Assembly (NCBI GenBank): GCA_937876465.1
Contig: CALEHV010000023.1
Coordinates: 6,625-70,624 of the forward strand
Source: an uncultured Bacillota bacterium
GTDB lineage: Bacteria > Bacillota_I > Bacilli_A > RFN20 > CAG-826
Length of the DNA: 64,000 nucleotides
Reading direction: 5' to 3'
In this document: one piece after another, positions 36,389 to 46,477 of the stretch
Position numbering within the stretch: the stretch's first letter is position 1
How the letters are laid out: each line of letters opens with the position of its first letter
The notes under the pieces: model-generated
Seen by the model: only the letters and a program-made list of their open reading frames with translations
Databases searched by the model: none
What the model was told of the DNA's origin: nothing
Made by a program: the position numbers and the translations under genes

Positions 36389-36808
36389 ATGGAAAGAAAT
36401 AGAAGAACTTCATTACAAGGCGTCGTCGTTTCTACAAAGATGGCTAAAACCATCGTTGTCGAGGTCGAAACTCACAAGAAACACGCTAAATACGCAAAGC
36501 GCGTTAAATACTCTAATAAGTATTACGCACACGACGAAAAGGAAATCGCAAATGTTGGCGATACAGTCACAATCGCTGGTTGTCGTCCATTAAGTGCTAC
36601 AAAACGTTTCAGACTCGTTTCAGTCGATAAGAAGGCTCTTGAAGAAATCAAAGTCAAAGAAGTCGAATTAGAAACTAAAGAAGAAAAGGTTGAAGCACCT
36701 GTCGTTGAAGAAAAGAAAGTTGAAGAAGTCAAAGCTGAAGAAGCTCCAGCTAAAAAGGCTCCAGCAAAGAAACCAGCCGCTAAGAAAGCTGCTTCGAAAG
36801 CAGAGTAA
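36389..36808 (+). CDS. rpsQ: 30S ribosomal protein S17 with a ~55-aa Glu/Lys/Ala/Pro C-extension
   Basis: Core [23 protein letters not shown] followed by ..[23 protein letters not shown]. Confidence 0.95.
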   Translation: MERNRRTSLQGVVVSTKMAKTIVVEVETHKKHAKYAKRVKYSNKYYAHDEKEIANVGDTVTIAGCRPLSATKRFRLVSVDKKALEEIKVKEVELETKEEKVEAPVVEEKKVEEVKAEEAPAKKAPAKKPAAKKAASKAE

Positions 36809-36822
36809 GGAGATAATTGAGT

Positions 36823-37197
36823 ATGATTCAAAATGAAACAAACTTAGTCGTCGCCGATAACAGCGGTGCTCGTTCAGTTAGAGTCTTCCGTCTTGCAGGC
36901 GGAGGAAACAGAAAATCCTGTAGCATTGGTGACATCGTCACATGTGCTGTTAAGGATGCCATTCCAAATGGCCGTGTCAAAAAGAGTGATATCGTCAAAG
37001 GTGTCATCGTTAGAACAAAACACGCTATCAATCGTCCAGACGGTTCACAAATCGCATTCGATGATAACGCAGTCGTCTTAATTGATGCTGAAGGCGCTCC
37101 AATTGGCACACGTGTCTTCGGACCAGTCGCAAGAGAACTTCGTGATAAGGGTGAAGGATTTATGAAAATCGTTTCCCTTGCTACAGAAGTCTTATAA
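36823..37197 (+). CDS. rplN: 50S ribosomal protein L14
   Basis: [20 protein letters not shown] 36823 was chosen over TTG 36817. Confidence 0.95.
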   Translation: MIQNETNLVVADNSGARSVRVFRLAGGGNRKSCSIGDIVTCAVKDAIPNGRVKKSDIVKGVIVRTKHAINRPDGSQIAFDDNAVVLIDAEGAPIGTRVFGPVARELRDKGEGFMKIVSLATEVL

Positions 37198-37211
37198 GAG
37201 GAGGACAACTT

Positions 37212-37520
37212 ATGAAAATCTTAAAAGGTGATAAAGTTATCGTTATCTCTGGTGCAGATAAAGGCAAGACAGGTACTGTCCAAGCCGTCTACCCAAAGAC
37301 AAACAAAGTTGTCGTCGAAGGCGTCAACGTCCACAAGAAACATAAAAAACCAACTCAACAAAATCCAGAAGGATCAATCGTTGAGATGTATGTACCAATC
37401 GATGTAAGCAATGTTGCAATCGTCGACCCAAAAACAAAGAAAGCTTCACGCATAGGTTATAAAGTAGAAAAAGGCGTTAAGACCCGTATCTCAAAAGCTA
37501 GCGGAAGCAAATTAAACTAG
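37212..37520 (+). CDS. rplX: 50S ribosomal protein L24
   Basis: KILKGDKVIVISGADKGKTG (KOW motif). Confidence 0.95.
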   Translation: MKILKGDKVIVISGADKGKTGTVQAVYPKTNKVVVEGVNVHKKHKKPTQQNPEGSIVEMYVPIDVSNVAIVDPKTKKASRIGYKVEKGVKTRISKASGSKLN

Positions 37521-37532
37521 GAGGAAGCATAA

Positions 37533-38258
37533 ATGGCAGAATCAAAGAAACCTGCAGCAAAGTCTGCAGCAGTCAAGAAATCAACTGCTGCTTCTAAACC
37601 TGCAACAGCCAAAAAGACAACAGCTAAAGCTGCTGCTCCAAAAGCAGAAGCTCCAGTAGCAGAAGTCAAAAAGGCTCCAGCAAAGAAAGTTTCAAAAGGT
37701 AACAAGGTTCGCAAAGAATCAACAAGACTTCTTGATCGTTACGAAAGTGAAATCAAGAAAGCATTAATGGAAAAATACAATTATTCTTCCGTTATGCAAG
37801 TCCCACACCTTGAAAAAATCGTCATCAACATTGGTGTCGGTGAAGCAATCACAAATTCAAAATTATTAGAAGAAAGCGTTAACGAACTCGGTTTAATCAC
37901 TGGTCAACATCCAGTCTTAACAAGAGCTAAAAAGTCAATCGCTACATTCAAATTACGTGAAGGCCAAGCAATTGGTTGTAAAGTCACACTTCGTGGCGTT
38001 CGTATGTATGAATTCTTCGATAAATTAGTCTCAATCGCACTTCCACGTGTTAGAGACTTCCGTGGTGTAAGTAAGAATGCCTTTGATGGTCATGGTAACT
38101 ATACCCTTGGCGTCAAGGAACAACTTATCTTCCCAGAAATTGACTACGATAAAGTCAGTAAAATCAGAGGTATGGATATCGTTGTTGTTACAACAGCAAA
38201 CAGTGATGAAGAAGCATATAGCTTACTTGAATTACTCGGTATGCCATTCCATAAATAA
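37533..38258 (+). CDS. rplE: 50S ribosomal protein L5 with a ~60-aa Ala/Lys/Pro N-extension
   Basis: Core [27 protein letters not shown].. preceded by [22 protein letters not shown]. The AGGAGG RBS sits before the extended start. Confidence 0.95.
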   Translation: MAESKKPAAKSAAVKKSTAASKPATAKKTTAKAAAPKAEAPVAEVKKAPAKKVSKGNKVRKESTRLLDRYESEIKKALMEKYNYSSVMQVPHLEKIVINIGVGEAITNSKLLEESVNELGLITGQHPVLTRAKKSIATFKLREGQAIGCKVTLRGVRMYEFFDKLVSIALPRVRDFRGVSKNAFDGHGNYTLGVKEQLIFPEIDYDKVSKIRGMDIVVVTTANSDEEAYSLLELLGMPFHK

Positions 38259-38272
38259 GGAGAACAGAAACA

Positions 38273-38458
38273 ATGGCTAAAACAAGTTTGAAAGTCAAAT
38301 GTGCAAGACCAAAAGCACATAAAGTATCTGAATATACTCGTTGTGAACGTTGTGGACGTCCTCACTCAGTATACAGAAAATTCCATTTATGCCGTGTCTG
38401 CTTACGTGAACTCGCATATAAAGGCGAGATCCCAGGCATGAAGAAAGCATCTTGGTAA
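38273..38458 (+). CDS. rpsN: 30S ribosomal protein S14, zinc-binding short type
   Basis: 61 aa, [20 protein letters not shown]. Confidence 0.95.
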   Translation: MAKTSLKVKCARPKAHKVSEYTRCERCGRPHSVYRKFHLCRVCLRELAYKGEIPGMKKASW

Positions 38459-38478
38459 TTTAAAGGAGGAAAATAGTT

Positions 38479-38871
38479 ATGATGACAGATCCAATAGCAG
38501 ATATGCTTACAAGAATCCGCAATGCTAACCAACTCCGTTATGCTACCGTTTCAATGCCTTCAAGCAAAATGAAAGTTGAAATCGCACGCATTCTTCTCGA
38601 TGAAGGATTCATTGCAGATTTAAAAGTTGAAGGAGATGTTAAGAAAACATTAACAATCTCTCTCAAATATGGTCCAAATGGTCAACGTATCATTTCTGGA
38701 TTAAAGAAGATTTCAAAACCAGGTCTTCGTGTTAACGTTAAGAGCGACAAGCTCCCACGCGTTCTCGGTGGCTTAGGTATTGCAGTCATCTCCACAAGTA
38801 AAGGAGTCGTAAGTGACAAGACAGCTCGCACCTTAGGTGTCGGCGGTGAAGTCTTAGCTTACGTTTGGTAA
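38479..38871 (+). CDS. rpsH: 30S ribosomal protein S8
   Basis: [15 protein letters not shown]. Confidence 0.97.
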   Translation: MMTDPIADMLTRIRNANQLRYATVSMPSSKMKVEIARILLDEGFIADLKVEGDVKKTLTISLKYGPNGQRIISGLKKISKPGLRVNVKSDKLPRVLGGLGIAVISTSKGVVSDKTARTLGVGGEVLAYVW

Positions 38872-38876
38872 TTATT

Positions 38877-39419
38877 ATGTCAAGAATTGGTTTAAAAGTT
38901 ATCAAAGTCCCAACAGGCGTCACTCTTGAACAAAGTGGTGAAGTCGTTACAGTTAAAGGTTCAAAAGGAACATTAACAGTAAACGTCCCAAGTGTCATTA
39001 CAGTCACAGTCGAAGGCGACGAAATTCGTTGCTCAAGAGCAAATGACGAAAAACACACAAAACAATTACACGGTACAGTTCGTGCTAATCTTCAAAATGC
39101 TGTTACAGGCGTTAGCGAAGGTTACAAGAAAGAGATCGTTATTGTTGGTATCGGTTACCGTGCAGCCATGAGAGGCGAAAACATCGTCATGAACGTTGGC
39201 TATTCACACGAAATCGTTATCAAACCAGAACCAGGTGCTAAGATTAGTGTCCAATCTCCAACAGAAATTACTGTTGAAGGTATCAACAAACAAGCAGTTG
39301 GTCAAACAGCAGCACTTATCCGTGCTACAAGAGAACCTGAACCATACAAAGGTAAAGGTGTTATGTACAAAGGCGAGCATATCATCCGTAAGGAAGGTAA
39401 GCGTGCCGGTGCTAAATAA
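38877..39419 (+). CDS. rplF: 50S ribosomal protein L6
   Basis: [15 protein letters not shown] 38877 lies after the rpsH stop. Confidence 0.95.
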   Translation: MSRIGLKVIKVPTGVTLEQSGEVVTVKGSKGTLTVNVPSVITVTVEGDEIRCSRANDEKHTKQLHGTVRANLQNAVTGVSEGYKKEIVIVGIGYRAAMRGENIVMNVGYSHEIVIKPEPGAKISVQSPTEITVEGINKQAVGQTAALIRATREPEPYKGKGVMYKGEHIIRKEGKRAGAK

Positions 39420-39436
39420 GCGAAAGGAGTATAAGA

Positions 39437-39793
39437 ATGATTACAAAAGAAAGCAAGAACGTAGTTCGCGTTCGCAAACACATCCGTGTTCGTGCAAAAA
39501 TCTCTGGTACTCCAGAATGCCCAAGACTCTGTGTCTTCCGCTCCAATAAAAACATTGAAGCTCAAGTCATTGATGATGTTAAGGGTGTCACACTTGCTAG
39601 TGCATCTTCAGTCGCTTTAAAGCTTGAAAACGGTTCAAACGTTGAAGCAGCTACAAAAGTTGGTGAAGCAATTGCAGCAGCATGTAAAGCTAAAAAGATT
39701 AGCAAAGTTGTCTTCGATCGTGGTGGATACATCTATCATGGCCGTGTCGCAGCTTTAGCTGATGCCGCTCGTAAGGGTGGATTAAAATTCTAA
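39437..39793 (+). CDS. rplR: 50S ribosomal protein L18
   Basis: [28 protein letters not shown]. Confidence 0.97.
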   Translation: MITKESKNVVRVRKHIRVRAKISGTPECPRLCVFRSNKNIEAQVIDDVKGVTLASASSVALKLENGSNVEAATKVGEAIAAACKAKKISKVVFDRGGYIYHGRVAALADAARKGGLKF

Positions 39794-39804
39794 GGAGAAA
39801 GATC

Positions 39805-40431
39805 ATGGAAGAAAATAAAGTTGTCAACGCTGAAGCTCCAGTAGCAGAAGCCAAAAAAGAAGCTGCTCCAGAAGTCGCTCCTAAGAAAGATGTTCGTCAT
39901 GATGGCAAGAAACACTTTGATAAAGGCGGTAAGAAGCCATTCGCAAAGAAAGACGAACCAAAAGAATACGAAGAAATCGTTGTCGATATCAATCGTATTG
40001 CTAAAACCGTCAAAGGCGGACGTAGAATGCGTTTCTCAGCCTTAGTTGTTATCGGAAATAAGAAAGGCAAATTCGGTTTCGGTACTGGAAAAGCCGCTGA
40101 AGTCCCAGATGCAATTAAGAAAGCTCTCGAAGCAGCAAAGCGCAACACATACACATTACACATTGTTAAAAAGGGCGATACAATTGCTCATGAAACATTT
40201 GGTAACTTCGGTGCTTGCCACGTATTCTTAAAACCAGCTCCAGAAGGTACTGGAATTATTGCTGGTGGTCCAGTTCGTGCTATTCTCGAACTCGCAGGAA
40301 TTCGTAACGTCACATCAAAAGTCTATGGTTCACGTGCTCCAATCAACATTATTCGTGCAACCACAAATGGTTTAACAGGTTTAAAGAGCTATGCCCAAGT
40401 CCAAGCACTTCGTGGCAAAGCTGATAAATAA
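39805..40431 (+). CDS. rpsE: 30S ribosomal protein S5 with a ~45-aa charged N-extension
   Basis: Core [27 protein letters not shown] preceded by [27 protein letters not shown]... Confidence 0.95.
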   Translation: MEENKVVNAEAPVAEAKKEAAPEVAPKKDVRHDGKKHFDKGGKKPFAKKDEPKEYEEIVVDINRIAKTVKGGRRMRFSALVVIGNKKGKFGFGTGKAAEVPDAIKKALEAAKRNTYTLHIVKKGDTIAHETFGNFGACHVFLKPAPEGTGIIAGGPVRAILELAGIRNVTSKVYGSRAPINIIRATTNGLTGLKSYAQVQALRGKADK

Positions 40432-40466
40432 TCTCACCGAATTAAAAGAAAGAAAGAGGTGCAATT

Positions 40467-40907
40467 ATGAAACTTAATGAACTCAAACACGCCGATGGCG
40501 CTACAACCAAAGGATATCGTAAAGGTCGTGGCCTTGGTTCAGGAAACGGTAAAAACTGTGGTACTGGTAACAAAGGTCAAAAGTCACGTTCAGGCGGCTT
40601 AAAGGCTCCTGGATTTGAAGGTGGTCAAACTCCTTTATACAGACGTTTACCAAAATTTGGTTTTAAAAACGGTGGTCACATTGAATATGCTATCGTTAAC
40701 ATTTCATCATTAAACAAATTTAAGGATGGCACAGTTGTCACTCCAGCATTATTAATCGAAAGTGGACTCGTCAAGAAAGAACTTGATGGTGTTAAAGTCC
40801 TTGGAAATGGCGAACTTAAGGTTAAACTTACAGTCAAAGCCAATAAATTCTCCAAGAGTGCTGAAAAAGCTATCGTTGCTGCTGGCGGCACAGTTGAGGT
40901 GATCTAA
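40467..40907 (+). CDS. rplO: 50S ribosomal protein L15
   Basis: [29 protein letters not shown]. It directly follows rpsE, with no rpmD between. Confidence 0.95.
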   Translation: MKLNELKHADGATTKGYRKGRGLGSGNGKNCGTGNKGQKSRSGGLKAPGFEGGQTPLYRRLPKFGFKNGGHIEYAIVNISSLNKFKDGTVVTPALLIESGLVKKELDGVKVLGNGELKVKLTVKANKFSKSAEKAIVAAGGTVEVI

Positions 40908-40909
40908 TA

Positions 40910-42280
40910 ATGAAAAAAATCGCCTCCATATTTAAAAACAAAGACATCGTGAACCGTATTTTCTTTACGGTCATGATTCTCCTTGTCGTTCGTATTGGTG
41001 CGGCGATTACCGTTCCTGGAGTAACTCCAACAGGTCAATTAGCTGAAGCACTTAATAATTCCTCAGCTGTTGCTCTTATGGATCTCATTGGCGGTGGAGC
41101 GTTACAAAACTTCTCCATCTTCGCCCTTGGAGTATCTCCATATATTACCGCTCAGATTATCGTCCAATTATTACAAAAAGACGTTCTTCCGGCCTTGACC
41201 GAGTTATCTAAACAAGGTCAATATGGCCGTAAGAAAACTGAGATGGCAACTCGTTATTTGTCTATTATGCTCGGAGTTGTCCAAGCATATGGCATTATTA
41301 AAACCATGGAAAATAGTGATTATATCACTATCAACATGGATCTTAACTTCTGGACCTACGCATACATTATTACTGTAATGATTGCAGGTACAATGACAGT
41401 TATGTGGCTCGGTGATCAAATCACTGAAAAAGGTCTCGGAAACGGTATTTCCGTCATCATCTTTGCTGGATGTATTCGTAACATTCCAATTCAAATCTCA
41501 ACCGCATGGAATACTTGGATTAATCCACAATACTATAAGGAAACTCCTGAACTTATTAAAGGTTCATTCCAGTTCGCCTTATACATATTGGCATTCCTCC
41601 TTATTCTTGCATTCGTTGTCTTCATTGAATTGTCTGTTAGAAAGATCCCAGTTCAACACAGTGGAAAAAGCGGTGGAACAACAGCAAGTATGGCTAAAGC
41701 TAGCTTCTTACCAATCAAGGTAAACTCAGCTGGTGTTATTCCAGTCATCTTCGCTTCATCAATCTTGATGGCTCCATCCGTTATTGCTTCATTTATTTCC
41801 GCTGACGCTGCAAACGCTGAATGGTTAAAAATATTTGCTATTAATGATACCGTCACTATGCCGGGATTCGACGGTGCAACATGGCAAATGCCTTGGGGAT
41901 TACTTATTTATGTAACTCTCATCTTACTATTCGCATTCTTCTATGCATCAATTCAAATTGATCCAGAGAAACTTGCAGAGAACTTCCGTAAAAACGGCTC
42001 TTACATTCCAGGTATCCGTCCAGGTAATGAAACTGAAAGATATGTAAAGAAAGTTGTCAATCGTGTTACATGTATCGGTGCTATTGCATTAGCATTCATC
42101 GCTGCATTACCAATTGTTCTTACTATTACTAGAGTCTTCGGTAACAACTCATCACTTGCTATTGGCGGTACAGGATTAATTATTGCTGTCGGTGTCTCTA
42201 TCGAAATTATGAACCAAATTGATGGTTTATTAGCTGGTAAGACATATGATGAAGTTCAAGCGACAGCTGGAAGGAGTTAA
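40910..42280 (+). CDS. secY: preprotein translocase subunit SecY
   Basis: 456 aa, 10-TM pattern, ALGVSPYITAQIIVQLL. Confidence 0.97.
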   Translation: MKKIASIFKNKDIVNRIFFTVMILLVVRIGAAITVPGVTPTGQLAEALNNSSAVALMDLIGGGALQNFSIFALGVSPYITAQIIVQLLQKDVLPALTELSKQGQYGRKKTEMATRYLSIMLGVVQAYGIIKTMENSDYITINMDLNFWTYAYIITVMIAGTMTVMWLGDQITEKGLGNGISVIIFAGCIRNIPIQISTAWNTWINPQYYKETPELIKGSFQFALYILAFLLILAFVVFIELSVRKIPVQHSGKSGGTTASMAKASFLPIKVNSAGVIPVIFASSILMAPSVIASFISADAANAEWLKIFAINDTVTMPGFDGATWQMPWGLLIYVTLILLFAFFYASIQIDPEKLAENFRKNGSYIPGIRPGNETERYVKKVVNRVTCIGAIALAFIAALPIVLTITRVFGNNSSLAIGGTGLIIAVGVSIEIMNQIDGLLAGKTYDEVQATAGRS

Positions 42281-42285
42281 TCAAA

Positions 42286-42945
42286 ATGGCTAAAAAGCTA
42301 AATATGATTATCATGGGTCCACCAGGCGCTGGTAAAGGAACCCAAGCAAAGAAAATTATCGCAGAATACAATATACCACACATCTCCACAGGAGATATGT
42401 TCCGCGAAGCAATGGAAGAGGGTACTGAACTCGGCTTACTTGCTAAGAAGTATATTAATGATGGACATTTAGTTCCTGATGAAGTAACAATCGGTCTCGT
42501 GAGAGAAAGATTAGCAAGAGAAGATTGCGCTAAAGGCTTCCTTCTCGATGGATTCCCAAGAACAATTCCTCAAGCTGAAGCTCTTGAAGTTATGGCTAAA
42601 GAAATTGGCAGAGAAATCCAAGTCGTCATCAGCATTAACACTCCAAAAGAGGAGTTATTCCGCAGAATTACAGGTCGTTTAGTCTGCAAATCATGTGGAG
42701 CTCCATATCACAAAGAAAAACGTCAACCAAAAGTTGAAGGTATCTGTGATATATGTGGTGGTCAACTTGTTCAACGTCCAGACGATAACAAGGACGCTCT
42801 TGAAGTTCGTCTTGAACATTATGACAAGGAAACAAAACCACTTCTCGATTTCTATGAAAAGAAAGGACTCTTACATACTCTCGACGGCATGAAAGGTGTA
42901 GATGTTCTTATGTATGATATCGATGATATCTTGGAGGGTAAGTAG
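42286..42945 (+). CDS. adk: adenylate kinase (zinc-lid type)
   Basis: GPPGAGKGTQ P-loop. Lid CKSCGAPYH..CDICGG. Confidence 0.97.
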   Translation: MAKKLNMIIMGPPGAGKGTQAKKIIAEYNIPHISTGDMFREAMEEGTELGLLAKKYINDGHLVPDEVTIGLVRERLAREDCAKGFLLDGFPRTIPQAEALEVMAKEIGREIQVVISINTPKEELFRRITGRLVCKSCGAPYHKEKRQPKVEGICDICGGQLVQRPDDNKDALEVRLEHYDKETKPLLDFYEKKGLLHTLDGMKGVDVLMYDIDDILEGK

Positions 42946-43691
42946 TGATTATCATTAAATCACAACGAGAAATAGAGTTAATGGCCAAGGCCGGACACGT
43001 CGTTGCTCTCGTCTTTGACGAGATCAAGGATAAAATCCGCCCTGGCCTAACAACTCAGGATGTCGCTGATATGTGTGAGAAAATTATCCGCGATGCTGGT
43101 GCCTACCCAACCTTCTTAGGTTATGGTGGATTCAAAGGAGCAGTATGCGTTTCTATTAATGATGAACTCGTACATGGAATTCCTTCCAAACATAGAGTTA
43201 TCAAAGATGGCGATATTGTCTCAGTTGATGTCGGTGCAACACTTAACGGCTATGTAGGAGACGCTTGTCGTACCTACCCAGTCGGCGTATGTAGCGAAAA
43301 CGCACTTCGACTTATAAAAGTTACAGAAGAAAGCTTTTTTGAAGGTATGAAGTTTGCAAAACCAGGCAATCACTTAGGTGATATATCTCACGCAATTCAA
43401 AGTTATTGTGAATCTCATGGATATTCCTTACCAAGAGATTACACAGGCCATGGAATTGGTTCTCATTTACATGAAGATCCATACATTCCAAATTATGGCG
43501 AAGCAGGAACTGGTCCAGTTCTTAAAGAAGGAATGTGTCTTGCTGTTGAACCAATGGTCGCAGAAGGACATTACGCTGTCAGAGTCCAAAAGGACGGTTG
43601 GACAGCTAGAATGAAAGATGGCAAATTATCAAGCCATTACGAAAATACCATTGTTATAACAAAAGATGGTTATGAAATTCTCACCAAATAG
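42945..43691 (+). CDS. map: type I methionine aminopeptidase
   Basis: GTG start overlapping the adk stop by 1 nt, GGAGGG RBS. VDVGATLNGYVGD, YTGHGIG, LAVEPM. Confidence 0.95.
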   Translation: MIIIKSQREIELMAKAGHVVALVFDEIKDKIRPGLTTQDVADMCEKIIRDAGAYPTFLGYGGFKGAVCVSINDELVHGIPSKHRVIKDGDIVSVDVGATLNGYVGDACRTYPVGVCSENALRLIKVTEESFFEGMKFAKPGNHLGDISHAIQSYCESHGYSLPRDYTGHGIGSHLHEDPYIPNYGEAGTGPVLKEGMCLAVEPMVAEGHYAVRVQKDGWTARMKDGKLSSHYENTIVITKDGYEILTK

Positions 43692-43706
43692 GAGGAAATC
43701 TATATT

Positions 43707-43928
43707 ATGGCAAAAGAAGGAGTCATCGAGGTAGAGGCAACTGTTATCGAGTCGTTACCAAACGCTAACTTTAAAGTTAAACTCGAAAACGGAGTAGTAA
43801 TTCAAGCCGGTGTTTCTGGTAAAATCCGTATGCATTACATTCGCATCTTACCAGGTGATAGAGTTACAGTAGAAATCTCACCTTATGATTTAACACACGG
43901 GCGTATCACATTTAGATACAAAAACTAA
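43707..43928 (+). CDS. infA: translation initiation factor IF-1
   Basis: [29 protein letters not shown]. Confidence 0.97.
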   Translation: MAKEGVIEVEATVIESLPNANFKVKLENGVVIQAGVSGKIRMHYIRILPGDRVTVEISPYDLTHGRITFRYKN

Positions 43929-43942
43929 ACACGTAGTTATAA

Positions 43943-44074
<132 letters not shown>

Positions 44075-44096
44075 TTAATAGGAGGAAACAAAATCT

Positions 44097-44474
44097 ATGG
44101 CACGTATCGTCGGAGTAGATATTCCAAATGAAAAACGTGTTGTTGTCTCAATCACATATATTTATGGTATTGGTGACACAACTGCTAAGAAGATTTGTAA
44201 AGACGCAAAAGTTAGCGAAGATATCCGCGTTAAAGATTTAACAGAGGAACAACTCTCAGCTATCCGTCAAGAAATCTCAAAATACAAAGTTGAAGGTGAT
44301 CTTCGTAGAGAAGTCGCTCTCAACATCAAACGTTTAACCGAAATCGGTTGTTACCGTGGAATGAGACACCGTAAAGGTCTCCCAGTTCGTGGTCAACGTA
44401 CACGTACAAATGCACGTACTCGTAAGGGTAAACGTAAAACAATTGCTAACAAGAAAGTAGCAAGTCAAGGTTAA
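44097..44474 (+). CDS. rpsM: 30S ribosomal protein S13
   Basis: [14 protein letters not shown]. Confidence 0.97.
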   Translation: MARIVGVDIPNEKRVVVSITYIYGIGDTTAKKICKDAKVSEDIRVKDLTEEQLSAIRQEISKYKVEGDLRREVALNIKRLTEIGCYRGMRHRKGLPVRGQRTRTNARTRKGKRKTIANKKVASQG

Positions 44475-44492
44475 TGAAAGGAGCATAATATC

Positions 44493-44882
44493 ATGGCAAC
44501 AAAAACAACTTCACGTAAGAAAAAAGTTCGTCGTTCCTTTACTAAGGGATGGGCTCATGTTCACAGCACTTTCAACAACACAATCATCACAATCACTGAT
44601 GAAAAAGGTAACGCAATTGCCTGGTCATCAGCTGGTGCACTTGGTTTTAAAGGTGCTAAGAAATCCACACCATTCGCAGCTCAATTAGCTGGCGAAGCAG
44701 CAGGTAAGGCAGCATATGAACAAGGACTTCGTTCTGTCGATGTTGACGTTAAGGGTCCAGGTTCAGGTAGAGAAAGCGCAATTCGTGCTTTAGCTACAGC
44801 AGGATTACAAGTTTTATCAATTACTGACAGAACACCAGTCCCACACAACGGATGCCGCCCACCAAAGAGACCACGCGGTTAA
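44493..44882 (+). CDS. rpsK: 30S ribosomal protein S11
   Basis: [19 protein letters not shown]. Confidence 0.97.
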   Translation: MATKTTSRKKKVRRSFTKGWAHVHSTFNNTIITITDEKGNAIAWSSAGALGFKGAKKSTPFAAQLAGEAAGKAAYEQGLRSVDVDVKGPGSGRESAIRALATAGLQVLSITDRTPVPHNGCRPPKRPRG

Positions 44883-44900
44883 TATTAGGAGGATAATACT

Positions 44901-45878
44901 ATGTCCAATTTACCAAAACCATTCGTTAAAGCATCATTACAACCAGAAGTTACAAAGGTTGATCAAAAATCAAATTACGGCAAATTTGTCGTCACACCAC
45001 TCGAAAGAGGTTACGGTTTAACAATCGGTAACTCACTTCGTAGAATTCTTTTAGCATCATTACCAGGTGCTTCAGTCTACGGTGTTGAAATCGAAGGTGC
45101 ACAACACGAATTCTCAGCTCTTGAAGGAGTTGAAGAAGACGTTACAGCTATTGTCTTAAATCTTAAAGACTTAGTTCTTTCAATCGGCGATGAACACGAT
45201 GAAAATGAACCATTAGTTGTTTCAGTCAAAGGACAAAAAGAAGTTAAAGCTTCAGATTTACAACTTCCAGTCGGCGTTAAGGTTATCAATCCAGATTTAG
45301 TCATTGCTCACGTTGCAAAAGATGGCAAACTCAATATGAACATCTATGCAAAAAATGGCCGTGGCTATGTCACAAGCGATGCAAACAAGACAGACAAAGT
45401 TAGTTCAGCTGGTAGATTTATTGCTACTGACTCAAACTATTCACCAGTCGTCCGTGCATCATACTCAGTTGAACCAACACGTGTTGACTACGATAGCAAG
45501 TTTGATAAATTAACAGTCGAAGTTTGGACAGATGGCAGTATTCTTCCACAAGCTGCTGTTGCATTAGCAGCACAAATGCTCATTGTTAACATTCAACCAT
45601 TCGCAGATCTTGAACAAGGTTACGAAAACCTCAACATGATCAAAGAGGAAGAAGTTAAAGAAGAAGACAGTTTTGTTGATATGTCAATTGAAGAATTTGA
45701 TCTTAAATGCAGAGCTTCAAACTGTTTAAAGAGAGCAGGTATTACAACCGTTGGAGAATTGATTAAGAAGACTGAAGAAGAAATGATGCAAATCAAAAAC
45801 CTCGGTAAGAAATCACTCAAAGAAGTTAAAGAAAAACTCGCTGAAAAAGGACTTAAGTTCGCTGATTCAGCAGAATAA
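44901..45878 (+). CDS. rpoA: DNA-directed RNA polymerase alpha subunit
   Basis: [24 protein letters not shown]. C-terminal domain [14 protein letters not shown]. Confidence 0.97.
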   Translation: [325 protein letters not shown]

Positions 45879-45889
45879 GGAGATAAGAA

Positions 45890-46270
45890 ATGGCCGCACA
45901 AGGACGTAAAAATGTTCACGGTAAGACCGGTGTTAGATTCAAAGCCGCTTATACCAAGAGCAAACATGAAAATAAATTAAGAACTCTTGCTACCACATTA
46001 GTTATGGAAGAAAGAGTTAAAGTCACAAGTGGCATGGTTAAAGAACTCAAGAAGTTAGCAGACCATTTAGTCACATTAGGCAAACGCGGTGATTTACATG
46101 CTCGTCGTCAAGCTGCAAGTGTCCTCCGTTCTGGAGACGCAGTTGCAAAACTCTTCGGCGAACTCGCAGGTCGCTATGCCAAACGTAATGGTGGTTACAC
46201 ACGTGCTATTAAAGCAGGTGTCCGCCTCGGAGATAACGCACAAGTCGTTATGGTCGAATACGTCGACTAA
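45890..46270 (+). CDS. rplQ: 50S ribosomal protein L17
   Basis: LVTLGKRGDLHARRQAASVL, GGYTRA. Confidence 0.95.
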   Translation: MAAQGRKNVHGKTGVRFKAAYTKSKHENKLRTLATTLVMEERVKVTSGMVKELKKLADHLVTLGKRGDLHARRQAASVLRSGDAVAKLFGELAGRYAKRNGGYTRAIKAGVRLGDNAQVVMVEYVD

Positions 46271-46286
46271 TCACTAGACTACATTT

Positions 46287-46317
46287 AGAGAGGTTCATTA
46301 ATTGCCTCTCTTTTTGT
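46287..46317 (+). terminator. rho-independent terminator of the ribosomal superoperon
   Basis: AGAGAGG (46287-93) pairs with CCTCTCT (46305-11), followed by TTTTTG. Confidence 0.8.
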
Positions 46318-46439
46318 TTTGCCTTAAGCCGTTTAAGCATTCTTTTACTTGAAAAGGTGTAATTCCTTATCAAAATACGTAAAACGCCTAAAACAGTCGC
46401 TTATTTAAATAATTTGGCTATCTATGAAAACCGATAACT

Positions 46440-46468
46440 TTGATTATTTAAATACAAAGTATTAAAAT
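46440..46468 (+). promoter_or_regulatory. promoter TTGATT-17-TAAAAT for a near-leaderless mRNA
   Basis: The -10 ends 9 nt before ATG 46478. No SD. Confidence 0.5.
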
Positions 46469-46477
46469 GTACATTAT

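Noticed and set aside
34748-37208. Long antisense or alternate-frame ORFs in the supplied track. Examples are 34748-35074 minus, 36523-36831 minus, 36828-37208 minus, 37517-37714 minus, 47461-47814 minus, 17796-18164 minus and 19891-20232 minus.
   Set aside because: They lie entirely inside well-supported conserved genes, have low-complexity or codon-mirror composition, and lack an RBS. They are treated as shadow ORFs.
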